NCBI GenBank assembly: GCA_017484125.1
Contig: JAFUTV010000006.1
Coordinates: forward strand, 1,658-65,657
Length of the DNA: 64,000 bases
Origin: Bacilli bacterium
GTDB lineage: Bacteria; Bacillota_I; Bacilli_A; RF39; UBA660
Direction of reading: 5' to 3'
The position numbers were made by a program, and so were the translations under genes. Each line of letters opens with the position of its first letter. The first letter of the stretch is position 1. This document shows, piece after piece, positions 36,336-46,057 of the stretch. A model generated the notes under the pieces. The model was not told where the DNA came from, did no database searches, and saw only the letters and a list, made by a program, of their open reading frames with translations.

Positions 36336-36647
36336 TTACATACAACAATTACTATCAGTTGAACATATATTTTCTTCAGTGCATGTATATACAGGTTTAT
36401 ATACATGATGATAGATATGATGATTAATTATTCTAGTATTTATTGGAACAATATGTTCTATACAATGATGAATGTCTCTTTGACAACATCTTTCTTGTGG
36501 TGCTTCACAAACTGGTGGGCACATTACCCCTTGTAAAGAACAATTTTGGTTATCCATGTTCATAGACATATTCATATCCATTTTTGATTCACTTGCACTA
36601 GGCATATTATTAAAATCATCAAAATTAAAATCGTTATTAATAAACAT
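36336..36647 (-). CDS. Spore coat protein CotD-like (His/Cys-rich)
   Basis: C-terminal CCQRDIHHCIEHIVPINTRIINHHIYHHVYKPVYTCTEE resembles the CotD pattern of repeated H..VHP/H.H motifs. Confidence 0.5.
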   Translation of the reverse strand: MFINNDFNFDDFNNMPSASESKMDMNMSMNMDNQNCSLQGVMCPPVCEAPQERCCQRDIHHCIEHIVPINTRIINHHIYHHVYKPVYTCTEENICSTDSNCCM

Positions 36648-36723
36648 AAAATTACATCCTTTCTCTAATCATATTCTATGTTTTAATAACGATTTAGGTT
36701 AGTTATTTGTCCTATATTATTAA

Positions 36724-37638
36724 TTATTTATAATAAGATCTTATATCATTTAATATATTTTTATTAAATACTTTATTCTTAATCATTTCTATTTCAAATT
36801 TATATGGTGGATAAATACGATTTTTATCATTTTCATCTTCACCAATATATGGTGTTTCTAAAATTTTAGGAATACCATCTAGTCTTTTGTTATAAATAAT
36901 ATTAACTATATTATCAAAACCTATTGTACCCACTCCAATTACTTCATGTCTATCTTTATGAGAAGCAATATTATTTTTGCTATCATTAATATGAATACAA
37001 CCTATTTTATCAATTCCAATAAGATTATCAAATTCATCTAAATATTCATCAAACTTACTCATATCATATCCTGCATCATTTAAATGACAAGTATCAAGAC
37101 ATACTCCTATTCTGGATTTTACTTTTACTTTATCTATAATTTCTTTTAATTCTTGGGTAGTTATTCCCATTTCATTTCCTTTTCCTGCCATAGTTTCAAG
37201 TAATATTGTAACATTAATATCTTCATTTAATATTTCATTTAATCTATCAGATATATTTGATAGTCCTTCACTTCTTGATATATTAACTGCAGAACCTGGA
37301 TGTAAAACAATTTTTTTAACTTTTAGTTCTTCACATCTTTTTAATTCGTTAATTAAAAAATTAACTGCAAATTCTTGTTTAGAAACATCAGAAGTTGCCG
37401 GATTAACAATATACGGAGCATGACATATAACATTATTAATATCAAATCCATTTTCTTGCATCAATTTTATAGCTTGACTTGTTAAATTACTATCTATTTT
37501 ATTTCTTAAAGTATTTTGAGGAGCTCCAGTATAAAACATAAAAGTATTTGCATTATAAGACAATGCTTCTTTAATTGAACCTAATAATTGTTCTTTATTA
37601 AAACTAACATGTGATCCAATTACTAACATAGTTATCAC
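36724..37638 (-). CDS. nfo: Endonuclease IV (AP endonuclease)
   Basis: Motifs HAPYIVN, LHPGS, LETMAGKGNE, CLDTCH, HINDSK and HKDRHE. Confidence 0.9.
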   Translation of the reverse strand: MITMLVIGSHVSFNKEQLLGSIKEALSYNANTFMFYTGAPQNTLRNKIDSNLTSQAIKLMQENGFDINNVICHAPYIVNPATSDVSKQEFAVNFLINELKRCEELKVKKIVLHPGSAVNISRSEGLSNISDRLNEILNEDINVTILLETMAGKGNEMGITTQELKEIIDKVKVKSRIGVCLDTCHLNDAGYDMSKFDEYLDEFDNLIGIDKIGCIHINDSKNNIASHKDRHEVIGVGTIGFDNIVNIIYNKRLDGIPKILETPYIGEDENDKNRIYPPYKFEIEMIKNKVFNKNILNDIRSYYK

Positions 37639-37698
37639 CTAACATCAATTATACCATTAAATTAAAAAAGATACTATTTTTTGAAGTGATTATTATAT

Positions 37699-37748
37699 AA
37701 AAAAAGACACTTCACTAAATTTTCCACTGGGTTTTATTAGTGAGTGTC
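37699..37748 (-). terminator. Rho-independent terminator after the cysteine desulfurase gene
   Basis: 12-bp stem (37706-37718/37737-37748, one bulge), 18-nt loop, then T7 on the minus strand. Confidence 0.55.
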
Positions 37749-37831
37749 AAACACCATTTGGCACAACATTTCAAATAACTCTAAAAAGTATCCTTATATA
37801 ATTTATAACATTTTTTTATAAATATTAAATG

Positions 37832-38959
37832 TTAATTTAATTTACTTAAATTTTCATATTCTTCTTTAAAATATTTTAAAAAATTATTAACTTCTTCATT
37901 TGTTGTAATACTTGCTAAACTAACTCTAATTGTAGATGTTGCACGTTTTGTATCATTATATAATGCCATGACTGCAGTTGATAAATTACCTGATGAACAT
38001 GCCGTATTGGTACTAATATATATTTCATGTTCTTCCATTGCATGTACAAAAGTTTCACCCTTAATATTTCCTAAACTAATATTTAAAATATGTGGTATAG
38101 AATATTTTGTTCTATTAAATTTTAAATCTTCAATAGTAGATAATTCCTCAACTATTTTATCATTTAATCTTTTAACATACATTTCCTTTTTATCTAAATC
38201 AGTTAGAGATACTCTTAACGCTTTAGAAAAAGCCACAATTAAAGGAAGAGCTGGTGTACCTGGTCTAATATTATCAAATTTTGATGAACCATGAATAACT
38301 GGTTCAAGTTCTATCTTATCACTTTTATATAACATTCCTATACCCTTTGGTCCAAATATCTTATGAGCTGATAAAGATGCTAAATCTACATCATGTAAAT
38401 TAATACTTACCTTACCTATTGCTTGGGTTAAATCACTATGAAAAAAGGTTAATAAATTTTCTTTCTTTATAATTTGTCTTAAAGTTTTTAATGGTTGTCT
38501 TACTCCCGTTTCAGAATTAACACCACAAATGCTGACTAAAATAGTTTCATTAGTTATTTTTTTTCTTAAATCATCAAAATCAATTAATCCATCCTCATTA
38601 TTATTAACATAGCTAATTTTAAATCCCTGTTTTTCTAAATATTGTACTATTGCATAAATAGATGGATGTTCTAATTTAGAAACAATTATATGATTACCCC
38701 TAGATTTATATTTTAATGCTATTCCTATTAGAGCTAAATTATTACTTTCAGTAGCTCCACTAGTGTATATAATTTCTGAATCTAAAATATTAAATGATTG
38801 AGCTATTTGATTTGTTGCACTATTTAAAAGAGCACGAGATTTCATGCCCAAAGAATGAATAGAATTAGCATTACCTATATAATCTCTTGTAGCCTTATTA
38901 TATGATTCTAAAACATCATATGAAACTGGTGTTGTTGCACTATAATCTAAATATATCAT
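37832..38959 (-). CDS. Cysteine desulfurase (class V aminotransferase, NifS/IscS-like)
   Basis: PLP-lysine context SAHKIFGPKGIG. Has ..TSGATESNNLA.. and active-site Cys region NTACSSG. Overlaps the ezrA stop by 4 nt. Confidence 0.85.
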   Translation of the reverse strand: MIYLDYSATTPVSYDVLESYNKATRDYIGNANSIHSLGMKSRALLNSATNQIAQSFNILDSEIIYTSGATESNNLALIGIALKYKSRGNHIIVSKLEHPSIYAIVQYLEKQGFKISYVNNNEDGLIDFDDLRKKITNETILVSICGVNSETGVRQPLKTLRQIIKKENLLTFFHSDLTQAIGKVSINLHDVDLASLSAHKIFGPKGIGMLYKSDKIELEPVIHGSSKFDNIRPGTPALPLIVAFSKALRVSLTDLDKKEMYVKRLNDKIVEELSTIEDLKFNRTKYSIPHILNISLGNIKGETFVHAMEEHEIYISTNTACSSGNLSTAVMALYNDTKRATSTIRVSLASITTNEEVNNFLKYFKEEYENLSKLN

Positions 38960-40680
38960 TTACTTTCCTCCATTATGTTCATTAATGTTTTATAAAAATC
39001 TGGTTCAACTTTATTTATTGCATTAATGGAATTTTCTAAACTTTTCTTAAATTCACCTTTAAAGAAATAGTTTTCAGAAATAGATAAAGAATCATTAATA
39101 CTTTCATTTATTATTCTAAATCTATTACCATATACAACAGCCATTTCAGCCATATATGCTGTTTTAACTAGTTCATTAGATGTACTATATAGTTTTAATA
39201 CTAAATCTCTTGCTGTATCAACTCTAATATTTAATGTTTTTATAGAAATCGGTTGTTTATTTAATTCTTTTACCATTTCTTTTATACTTTCTGTAGCCTC
39301 AGCAAGTTCAACATAATATTTTTTAGGAACAACTGGTAGTTTATAGGTACTAATTTTTATTTGAGATTTTCTTAATATTTCTTTTATTTCAACTAATTGA
39401 TCACGAGCTCTAGCTTCATCTTCTTTTAAACTTCCTAAGCTTTTTAAAGCAGCATCTAATTTTTCTTTTATTTTAATTAATTTAGTATTTAATATATCCA
39501 TTTCTTTGTCTAATTTTGTATATGAAAACGTTCTTGATCTATATGAATTTATTATTCTTTCATAGTCTTTTTTTACGCTTTGAATTTCTTGATTGATAAT
39601 ACTTAAAATTTTAAAATCATCATCAGTTAAATCATAAGAATATTTATATTCAGCAGACTTTTTTCTTAAATCATTATTAATTTTACTATATCTGGCTGCA
39701 CGAGCAATAATTGTTGTCATATACTCTTCAAACGACTTTTGAGCTTCTTTTTCTTTATCAAATGCAACATAAATACTATCAAAATAATCCATAATTGTTT
39801 TTAAATCAAATGTAGAATCTTCTATATTTAAAACTTTTAATCTTTCCAAAATATCAGTTATTTTTTTATTGGATTCTTCTATATTATAAGGAATATTTAA
39901 GTAATCTAAATTAAATCCTTCCTCTTCCATTTTTTTAGATATATTTTCAATATCATTGATTTTAGTTGGTATTAGTTTAGTTCCCATCATAACTATAGAA
40001 GGAGCTTCTTCAATAACTAATTCTAAATTGCCAAGTAAATCTTCTAAACCTTTTACTATTTTATTAACTTCAGAATAATTATTATTATCCATTGCAATTT
40101 CAAAGGCACTAAATAATTTATCAATTCTTTCAAATTGAAGATCTATACCACTAGAAATACTTTCATATTCTTCTTTGCTATTATTATATTTAGAAACAAT
40201 TTCTCTATATTTAGCTTTTAGTTTAGTTACACTATTTCTGTTTCTATCATTACTTAAAGTTATTTCTCTTATTTCATTTAATAAATAATTACTCTTTGTT
40301 TTTACAAAGTATATTTCATATTCTACTTTAGCAAGCTTTTCTTTTAATTCTTTATATTTTTTAGAAGAATATAATTCCTCTAATTCAATTAATTCATCAC
40401 TAATTTTAGGAATATCTTTTTCTTTAATATCTTTAAATCTTGAAGACCAATCATCAAATTTTTTTCTTAAAGTATCATTATTAATTAGAGATTCTACCTT
40501 ATTTAATTCAGTTAATATATTAGCTGATATTATTAAGTTTTTTTCTCTTTCTAAATCATTTATCTTTGTTTGATAAGTTCCTTTAGTTTTCTTACTTATT
40601 ATATGAAGAACAATAACTATTATAATAAGTGCTAATATATAATATGTTACTCCTAGTAAAATAAATGTTCTACTACTCAT
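38956..40680 (-). CDS. ezrA: Septation ring formation regulator EzrA
   Basis: 574 aa with an N-terminal TM and a long coiled coil. The C-terminus ..STYKLPVVPKKYY..AEMAVVYGNRFR.. parallels B. subtilis EzrA (..NIPGIP..IIQFGNRYR). Confidence 0.85.
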   Translation of the reverse strand: MSSRTFILLGVTYYILALIIIVIVLHIISKKTKGTYQTKINDLEREKNLIISANILTELNKVESLINNDTLRKKFDDWSSRFKDIKEKDIPKISDELIELEELYSSKKYKELKEKLAKVEYEIYFVKTKSNYLLNEIREITLSNDRNRNSVTKLKAKYREIVSKYNNSKEEYESISSGIDLQFERIDKLFSAFEIAMDNNNYSEVNKIVKGLEDLLGNLELVIEEAPSIVMMGTKLIPTKINDIENISKKMEEEGFNLDYLNIPYNIEESNKKITDILERLKVLNIEDSTFDLKTIMDYFDSIYVAFDKEKEAQKSFEEYMTTIIARAARYSKINNDLRKKSAEYKYSYDLTDDDFKILSIINQEIQSVKKDYERIINSYRSRTFSYTKLDKEMDILNTKLIKIKEKLDAALKSLGSLKEDEARARDQLVEIKEILRKSQIKISTYKLPVVPKKYYVELAEATESIKEMVKELNKQPISIKTLNIRVDTARDLVLKLYSTSNELVKTAYMAEMAVVYGNRFRIINESINDSLSISENYFFKGEFKKSLENSINAINKVEPDFYKTLMNIMEESK

Positions 40681-40776
40681 AAGTTCACTCCCTAGTCTAA
40701 TAGTATTTTATCACATTTATTTTAGTTTTTACATATAAATTATAAAAAAATTAAAAAACAACTATTATTTCATAAA

Positions 40777-41103
40777 TTAAGTAAAAAGTTTTCCTAATAA
40801 TTCAAAAAAATCAGATAATCCCCCTTGCATAAAACTATCTATAGAAGATGCTAATTTATTCCCTATTTTAGACATAGAAGAAGAATAGTCAACAAAATCA
40901 TTTTCAACATAATCTTTAATATCTATTTCTTTTCCATCTTTAACATCTTGTTCAAATTCTTCCATTTTTTCTTCAGTTATTTTTGATTTTCTACTAATAT
41001 TTGCTTCATAATATCCACTTTCATAAGCAATAGTATAAGCTAAAAATATTAAAAATAAAGCGCTAATAATCCACCAAAAATAATTAACTTTTTTCTTTTC
41101 CAT
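40777..41103 (-). CDS. Small membrane protein (YqxA-like, downstream of spoIIP)
   Basis: One N-terminal TM. Abuts the spoIIP stop, the position yqxA occupies in B. subtilis. Sequence similarity is judged only loosely. Confidence 0.4.
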   Translation of the reverse strand: MEKKKVNYFWWIISALFLIFLAYTIAYESGYYEANISRKSKITEEKMEEFEQDVKDGKEIDIKDYVENDFVDYSSSMSKIGNKLASSIDSFMQGGLSDFFELLGKLFT

Positions 41104-42042
41104 TTATAATTCCTCCTTAATATAAGAATATAAGGCTTCTCCTAAAATATTAATCGTATTAGATACTTCAATAATATTATTATCCTGACCACCAATTTCA
41201 ATTAATACTAAATTGGGAGAAAAATCTTGATTATAAATACCATTTACTCCTGGTCCCTCTTTTTTTAATATTCCTTTTGATAGATTAGGAATTTTTTCAT
41301 TAACTATATTGCTTAACTTTGTGGCTATACTTAAATTTTGTTCGTAATTATCATGTTCTAATCCAACAATAAATAATACTTTAGCATATTTTTGATTATT
41401 ATATTCTAATATTGTCTTTTCATATCTAGAAGAATCACGATGAATATCTATATAATATTTTATAGAATTAATTTCTTTTGTTTGCTCTAAAAGAATTCTA
41501 CTAGCTCGATAAGAATCTCGATATAGCCAATTATTTTGATTTAAAATATTTTTAATATCTTTTGTTTCCACAATAGAAGGAATTTTTAAATTTTCTAATT
41601 TTTCTTGTAATATATAGGATGCTAACTTAACATTAGGGACTATAGAATATTCATATTTATATTCTATTTTATATTCTTCTTTATCATGACTATTATAAAT
41701 ATAGATAAGGGGTTCATCCATTTCTTTGTTAACACTTTCTATATATTTTGTTGTTTCTTTTTCTATATTATCGGTATTTTTCGATGCTTTAAATGATAAA
41801 TTATTTTCTATTAATGTTATGGGATTAGAAAAAATAAAGGAATTATTATACTGTTTTTTATTTAATTGATTATTAAAGCCTGTATTAATTAGTGATTTAA
41901 TATATTTTTCTGGGTCAATTTTTGTATCTTTTTTTAAGAAATTAAATGTAAATATAAAAGAAATATAAGTTATAGATATATAAAAAAATATTTTAAAAAT
42001 CTTTCTTTTCCTTTTTGTTTTAAATTTTTTCATAATAATCAC
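41104..42042 (-). CDS. spoIIP: Stage II sporulation protein P
   Basis: IYIYNSHDKEEY, YIDIHRDS and LFIVG motifs typical of SpoIIP. Divergent from rpsT, as in Bacillus. Confidence 0.75.
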   Translation of the reverse strand: MIIMKKFKTKRKRKIFKIFFYISITYISFIFTFNFLKKDTKIDPEKYIKSLINTGFNNQLNKKQYNNSFIFSNPITLIENNLSFKASKNTDNIEKETTKYIESVNKEMDEPLIYIYNSHDKEEYKIEYKYEYSIVPNVKLASYILQEKLENLKIPSIVETKDIKNILNQNNWLYRDSYRASRILLEQTKEINSIKYYIDIHRDSSRYEKTILEYNNQKYAKVLFIVGLEHDNYEQNLSIATKLSNIVNEKIPNLSKGILKKEGPGVNGIYNQDFSPNLVLIEIGGQDNNIIEVSNTINILGEALYSYIKEEL

Positions 42043-42096
42043 TATAGCAATATTATCATTTTTTTTATAAAAAATATGTCAAAACCTAGTATTTGC

Positions 42097-42125
42097 TTGC
42101 AAAAAACAAATATTTTTGATAAAAT
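42097..42125 (+). promoter_or_regulatory. Candidate sigma-A promoter of rpsT
   Basis: TTGCAA, 17 nt, TAAAAT with upstream TG (TGaTAAAAT). Followed by RBS AAGGAGGGAG and ATG 42153. Confidence 0.5.
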
Positions 42126-42152
42126 CTTTATGTATCAAGGAGGGAGCAGATT

Positions 42153-42419
42153 ATGGCTAATATCAAAAGTGCAAAAAAAGCAATTAAAGTAACTAAAAAA
42201 GTAACTGCTAATAACCATGAATTAAAAGCAAGAGTAAAAAATAGCATTAAGGCAGTTGAAAAGGCAGTTTCTTCTGGTGATAAAGAACTAGCAAATAAAA
42301 CTTTAAAAACTATGCAAAAAAATGTTGATAAAGCTCAAGCTAAAGGATTAGTTAAGAAAAATACTGCAGCTAGAGAAAAGTCAAGATTAAATAATAAAGT
42401 TAAAGAAATGAATAAATAA
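42153..42419 (+). CDS. rpsT: 30S ribosomal protein S20
   Basis: MANIKSAKKAIKVTKK.., 88 aa, basic. Confidence 0.95.
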   Translation: MANIKSAKKAIKVTKKVTANNHELKARVKNSIKAVEKAVSSGDKELANKTLKTMQKNVDKAQAKGLVKKNTAAREKSRLNNKVKEMNK

Positions 42420-42465
42420 TTGTATCGTTTCTTTTTTTTTGCTATAATCATAATGGTGATGGATA

Positions 42466-43380
42466 ATGAAAAAGTTTATTATACCTATTATTCTTGCAAT
42501 ATTAATAGTTTTAGAACTTGTGTTTATGAATCCAATTAAAAACTTTGCTACAGATGTAATTAATAATCGTCCTGAATTAATAATATTGCCTAAAAATGAA
42601 TATTATAAAGATTACGATTTTTTATATGTGGAAAGATCAAAAGACTATATCCCATATAGTATTAAAGATATAAGAAACATATTTTTTAGTGTAATTAATA
42701 ATGGTTGGGATGAATTTACATTTTATTGTCCAAATGAATATGAAGATTGTATAAAAGATGTTCAAACTATAAGTGGTAATGACACACTTTTAACAAATAT
42801 CAATAATTATACCAGTCCATTTAATGCTTTTACTTCAATTGAAACAACTTATGATGATTCTGGAGAAGTAAATATTAAACTAAATAAACTATATAGTAAA
42901 GAACAAATAAATATAATTAATAAAGAAGTCGATAGAATAATAAAAGAATTAATTACAGATAACATGAATAATGAAACTAAGATAAGAACTATTCATGATT
43001 ATATAATTAATAATACTTATTATGATAAAGTAAGAAATGATACAGGTAATTCTACTTATGCATCAAATACAGCATATGGTGCATTAATTGAACATCAAGC
43101 AATTTGTTCAGGATATGCTGATGCAATGGAATTATTTTTAAATAAATTTAATATTAAAAATTATAAAATTGCATCCAAAACTCATGTTTGGAATGCTCTT
43201 TATTTAGATAATAATTGGTATCATTTAGATTTAACTTGGGATGATCCAGTAAGTGAAAGAGGTCCAATATTAGATCATAAATATTTTTTAGTAAATAATG
43301 ATGAGTTAACTAAAGCAGATGATAATAATATTGATACTCATATATTTGATAAAACTATTTATTTAGAATTTAATAATTAA
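42466..43380 (+). CDS. Membrane-anchored transglutaminase-like (Cys-His-Asp core) protein
   Basis: N-terminal TM. Core is AICSGYADAMELF..KTHVWNALYLDNNWYHLDLTWDD. Confidence 0.7.
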   Translation: MKKFIIPIILAILIVLELVFMNPIKNFATDVINNRPELIILPKNEYYKDYDFLYVERSKDYIPYSIKDIRNIFFSVINNGWDEFTFYCPNEYEDCIKDVQTISGNDTLLTNINNYTSPFNAFTSIETTYDDSGEVNIKLNKLYSKEQINIINKEVDRIIKELITDNMNNETKIRTIHDYIINNTYYDKVRNDTGNSTYASNTAYGALIEHQAICSGYADAMELFLNKFNIKNYKIASKTHVWNALYLDNNWYHLDLTWDDPVSERGPILDHKYFLVNNDELTKADDNNIDTHIFDKTIYLEFNN

Positions 43381-43408
43381 AAGTCAAACTATATTTGTTT
43401 GACTTTTT
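43381..43408 (+). terminator. Rho-independent terminator (overlaps the 3' end of convergent miaA)
   Basis: AAGTCAAAC-tatattt-GTTTGACTT followed by TTTT. Confidence 0.55.
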
Positions 43409-44259
43409 ATATAATCTAATACTTCATAAATAGTTTTATTAAAATCATTATAATTTGTATTAAACCATTTAATATTCATTTGATTATTAAACCATGTATA
43501 TTGTCTTTTTGCATAATGTCTTGAATTCTTTTTGATTAATTCTATTGCTTCATCCAATGATATTTCTTTATTAAAATATTTATATAATTCTTTATATCCT
43601 ATTGCAGTATTTATTGCTTTACTATTTATTTTATTATCATATAATTGTTTTACTTCATCTATTAATCCATTTTTAATCATAGAATCTACTCTATCATTAA
43701 TTCTCTTATATAAATTATTTCTATCGGTAGTAAGTCCAATAAATATAGTTGGATATAATAGTTTTGGTTCAACTACTACACTATTCTCCTTATTTAAAAA
43801 TCTTATTAATCTTTGTCTATTATTTTTATGTATCAACATTTTTTTATCTTTTTGTAATGCTAAATTATAAAGTTCTTCATTTGACAAATCTTCATAATTA
43901 TTATTTGTTGTTTCCTCTTCAAATCGATAATCAAATAAAGCAGCTTTTAAATAAAGCCCTGTTCCTCCAACAAATATTATATTTTTATCTTTATTATCAT
44001 TAATTATTTTTCTAACATCTTTTTGATAATCATAAACTGTATAATTAATAGTAGGATCTACAAAATCAAGTAAATAATGTTTTATTCCTTCTTTTTCTTC
44101 TAATGTTGGTTTTGCAGTGCCAATATTTAGATATTTATATACTTGCATTGCATCATTATTAATGATAATTGCATTAAATCTTTTTGCAAGTTCAATACTT
44201 AATTTAGTTTTACCAACACCAGTTGGACCAACTATTGATAAAATCATAAAAATCACCAC
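43384..44259 (-). CDS. miaA: tRNA dimethylallyltransferase
   Basis: P-loop IVGPTGVGKTKLSIELAK. Also ..GGTGLYLKA.. and ..RQYTWF.. motifs. Confidence 0.9.
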   Translation of the reverse strand: MVIFMILSIVGPTGVGKTKLSIELAKRFNAIIINNDAMQVYKYLNIGTAKPTLEEKEGIKHYLLDFVDPTINYTVYDYQKDVRKIINDNKDKNIIFVGGTGLYLKAALFDYRFEEETTNNNYEDLSNEELYNLALQKDKKMLIHKNNRQRLIRFLNKENSVVVEPKLLYPTIFIGLTTDRNNLYKRINDRVDSMIKNGLIDEVKQLYDNKINSKAINTAIGYKELYKYFNKEISLDEAIELIKKNSRHYAKRQYTWFNNQMNIKWFNTNYNDFNKTIYEVLDYIKSQTNIV

Positions 44260-44274
44260 AAAGATATTATATCA

Positions 44275-45069
44275 TTATCTTCTTGCTAATGCATAATTTT
44301 CATCAATATATGGTAAATTAATATCTAAATAAGATTTCATTTCTTCATCTGTTGTACCATCTTTATATAGTTTAGTAACATCAGCAATAACTAAATCTTT
44401 TATTCCTATAAACCTTGATTGTTGACTACTATTTAATCCATTAATTTCAATTTTAAACTCTTGTTTTACATTATTAATGAAAACAGTAATTAGTTTTGAT
44501 TTTAAAACCCAGTTTTCAAAATCACCACATAAATCAGTTTTATCAAATACATCTATATCACTTGTACCAATACTTAATGAAAATTTTGCATCACTACATT
44601 CAATTAAACCATTCTTAAATATTTTATATGAAATATATATTTTATGATCTTGTCTATTATTAACAAATCTTTTTCCATCTAAAGACTTTGATAATTTAGC
44701 ACTTCCACTGCCATTATATTGAAATTTAAGATAAGATATTTGATTATCATTATCATGATATGGCACAACATTATTTTTAACTCCAGTCCAAATACCATTA
44801 AAAGTTGGGTATGTTGAAGTTAATCCTGATTTAAAGTCTTTATCAATACTTTCTAAGTTACCATCTTTAATTGCATTACTTACAAAAGAATATTTATGAG
44901 CTATAATATTCTCGTTTAAATCATCAAGTATTGACATATTTAAATTATTAATCAAAACTTTATAATGAGCATATGCTGCTAATACGATTACAATTAATGC
45001 AGTAAATACTAAAAAGAAAGAAAACATAACTGAAGTAGCAATAAATCCATTCTTTTTCATATTACTCAC
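44275..45069 (-). CDS. Membrane-anchored hypothetical protein with a pilin-like N-terminus
   Basis: MSNMKKNG/FIATSVMFSFFLVFTALIVIVLAAY. No Glu at +5. The rest is unrecognised. Confidence 0.55.
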   Translation of the reverse strand: MSNMKKNGFIATSVMFSFFLVFTALIVIVLAAYAHYKVLINNLNMSILDDLNENIIAHKYSFVSNAIKDGNLESIDKDFKSGLTSTYPTFNGIWTGVKNNVVPYHDNDNQISYLKFQYNGSGSAKLSKSLDGKRFVNNRQDHKIYISYKIFKNGLIECSDAKFSLSIGTSDIDVFDKTDLCGDFENWVLKSKLITVFINNVKQEFKIEINGLNSSQQSRFIGIKDLVIADVTKLYKDGTTDEEMKSYLDINLPYIDENYALARR

Positions 45070-45133
45070 CTACTATTATATATTTTAGCATAATTACTAC
45101 TAAAAAAAAAGACTAAGTATTTTCATTATTTAC

Positions 45134-45160
45134 AAAAAAATAAGAGAATTTATTCTCTTA
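45134..45160 (-). terminator. Rho-independent terminator of the bacteriocin operon
   Basis: Minus strand: TAAGAGAA-taaa-TTCTCTTA followed by TTTTTTT, directly after the stop at 45163. Confidence 0.65.
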
Positions 45161-45162
45161 TT

Positions 45163-45312
45163 TTATAATATACAACTTAGATAGTTTCCTAATATTCTTC
45201 CCAAATGATTAATTAATTCTAATCCAAAAGATATACCAATATAAAATATAGGAACAAATATTAAGATAATAAATAATCTAAAATATCTATTATTTATTAA
45301 TTTATTTAACAT
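45163..45312 (-). CDS. Small hydrophobic protein (49 aa), candidate bacteriocin immunity protein. Not in the ORF track
   Basis: Manual translation: MLNKLINNRYFRLFIILIFVPIFYIGISFGLELINHLGRILGNYLSCIL. Its ATG overlaps the stop of peptide B (ATGTTAA). Confidence 0.45.
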   Translation of the reverse strand: MLNKLINNRYFRLFIILIFVPIFYIGISFGLELINHLGRILGNYLSCIL

Positions 45313-45461
45313 CTTTTACCACTAACAAGCATTCTAATTGAAGTTCCTATTGTTCTTCCAAAGTCCATAATGGTATTAATTGTTCTAGACATAGCATTTA
45401 AAAATGCTGCACTAAAAGAAAATCCTCCACCAACTACTTCATATAGTTCTAAATCACTCAT
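45306..45461 (-). CDS. Class II bacteriocin precursor B (51 aa, double-glycine leader). Not in the ORF track
   Basis: Manual translation: MSDLELYEVVGG/GFSFSAAFLNAMSRTINTIMDFGRTIGTSIRMLVSGKRC. RBS TAGGAGG lies 6 nt upstream. Confidence 0.75.
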   Translation of the reverse strand: MSDLELYEVVGGGFSFSAAFLNAMSRTINTIMDFGRTIGTSIRMLVSGKRC

Positions 45462-45471
45462 TAATAACCTC

Positions 45472-45603
45472 CTATCTACATTTATATGGTCTTAAATAAC
45501 CATCTATTATGCCAGCGACAAATGCACCAATTGCCATTATTCCACCAATAATAGTCCATTTAAATGCTCCACCTTTTATATTACTTAATTCTTCATTACT
45601 CAT
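45472..45603 (-). CDS. Class II bacteriocin precursor A (43 aa, double-glycine leader). Not in the ORF track
   Basis: Manual translation: MSNEELSNIKGG/AFKWTIIGGIMAIGAFVAGIIDGYLRPYKCR. RBS AAGGAGG upstream. The mature part is Gly-rich and hydrophobic. Confidence 0.75.
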   Translation of the reverse strand: MSNEELSNIKGGAFKWTIIGGIMAIGAFVAGIIDGYLRPYKCR

Positions 45604-45610
45604 ATAATTA

Positions 45611-46057
45611 TTACCTCCTTATTAAATTAAGTATTTTTCTAATTAATAATTCATAATTAGAATATATTTTAACATCTTGAATTGTATTTAATATATCAGT
45701 ATCTAAATTATCAACTTGATAACTAACAATCTGATAATTATTTTGATTATCCTCTGATATTTGTATTTCACCTATATTAATACTATTTGGATAAATAACA
45801 CTTTTATTTAATCTTATATGATCTATTTTATTTATTTTGTTTGAAAAAGTTGAATCTATATTAAATAGAATTTGACATTTTTCTTCGCATGTAATATATC
45901 CTTTGAGACTATATACATCATATGTTTTAAAACAAAATAAAGATATTACAATGATAACAATTGAGATAATTAAAACAGAAATAACAATATTAAATCTTGG
46001 TTTAATAGATAGTAAGTATTCTTTATTATAATATCTATAATTAATCATTAAAATCAC
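45611..46057 (-). CDS. Putative bacteriocin export accessory protein (short, single TM)
   Basis: 148 aa with TM FNIVISVLIISIVIIVISLFCF. Overlaps the ABC gene by 17 nt and precedes the peptides. Much shorter than LcnD/HlyD-type accessories. Confidence 0.4.
   Translation of the reverse strand: MILMINYRYYNKEYLLSIKPRFNIVISVLIISIVIIVISLFCFKTYDVYSLKGYITCEEKCQILFNIDSTFSNKINKIDHIRLNKSVIYPNSINIGEIQISEDNQNNYQIVSYQVDNLDTDILNTIQDVKIYSNYELLIRKILNLIRR

Noticed and set aside
43532-44003. Plus-strand ORFs inside miaA (43532..43870, 43749..44003), and similar antisense ORFs in the cysteine desulfurase, cysS, ABC transporter and 34671 genes
   Set aside because: They are antisense to well-supported conserved genes. 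Their Leu/Ile/Phe/Ser-rich translations are typical of AT-rich antisense frames, and they have no RBS.
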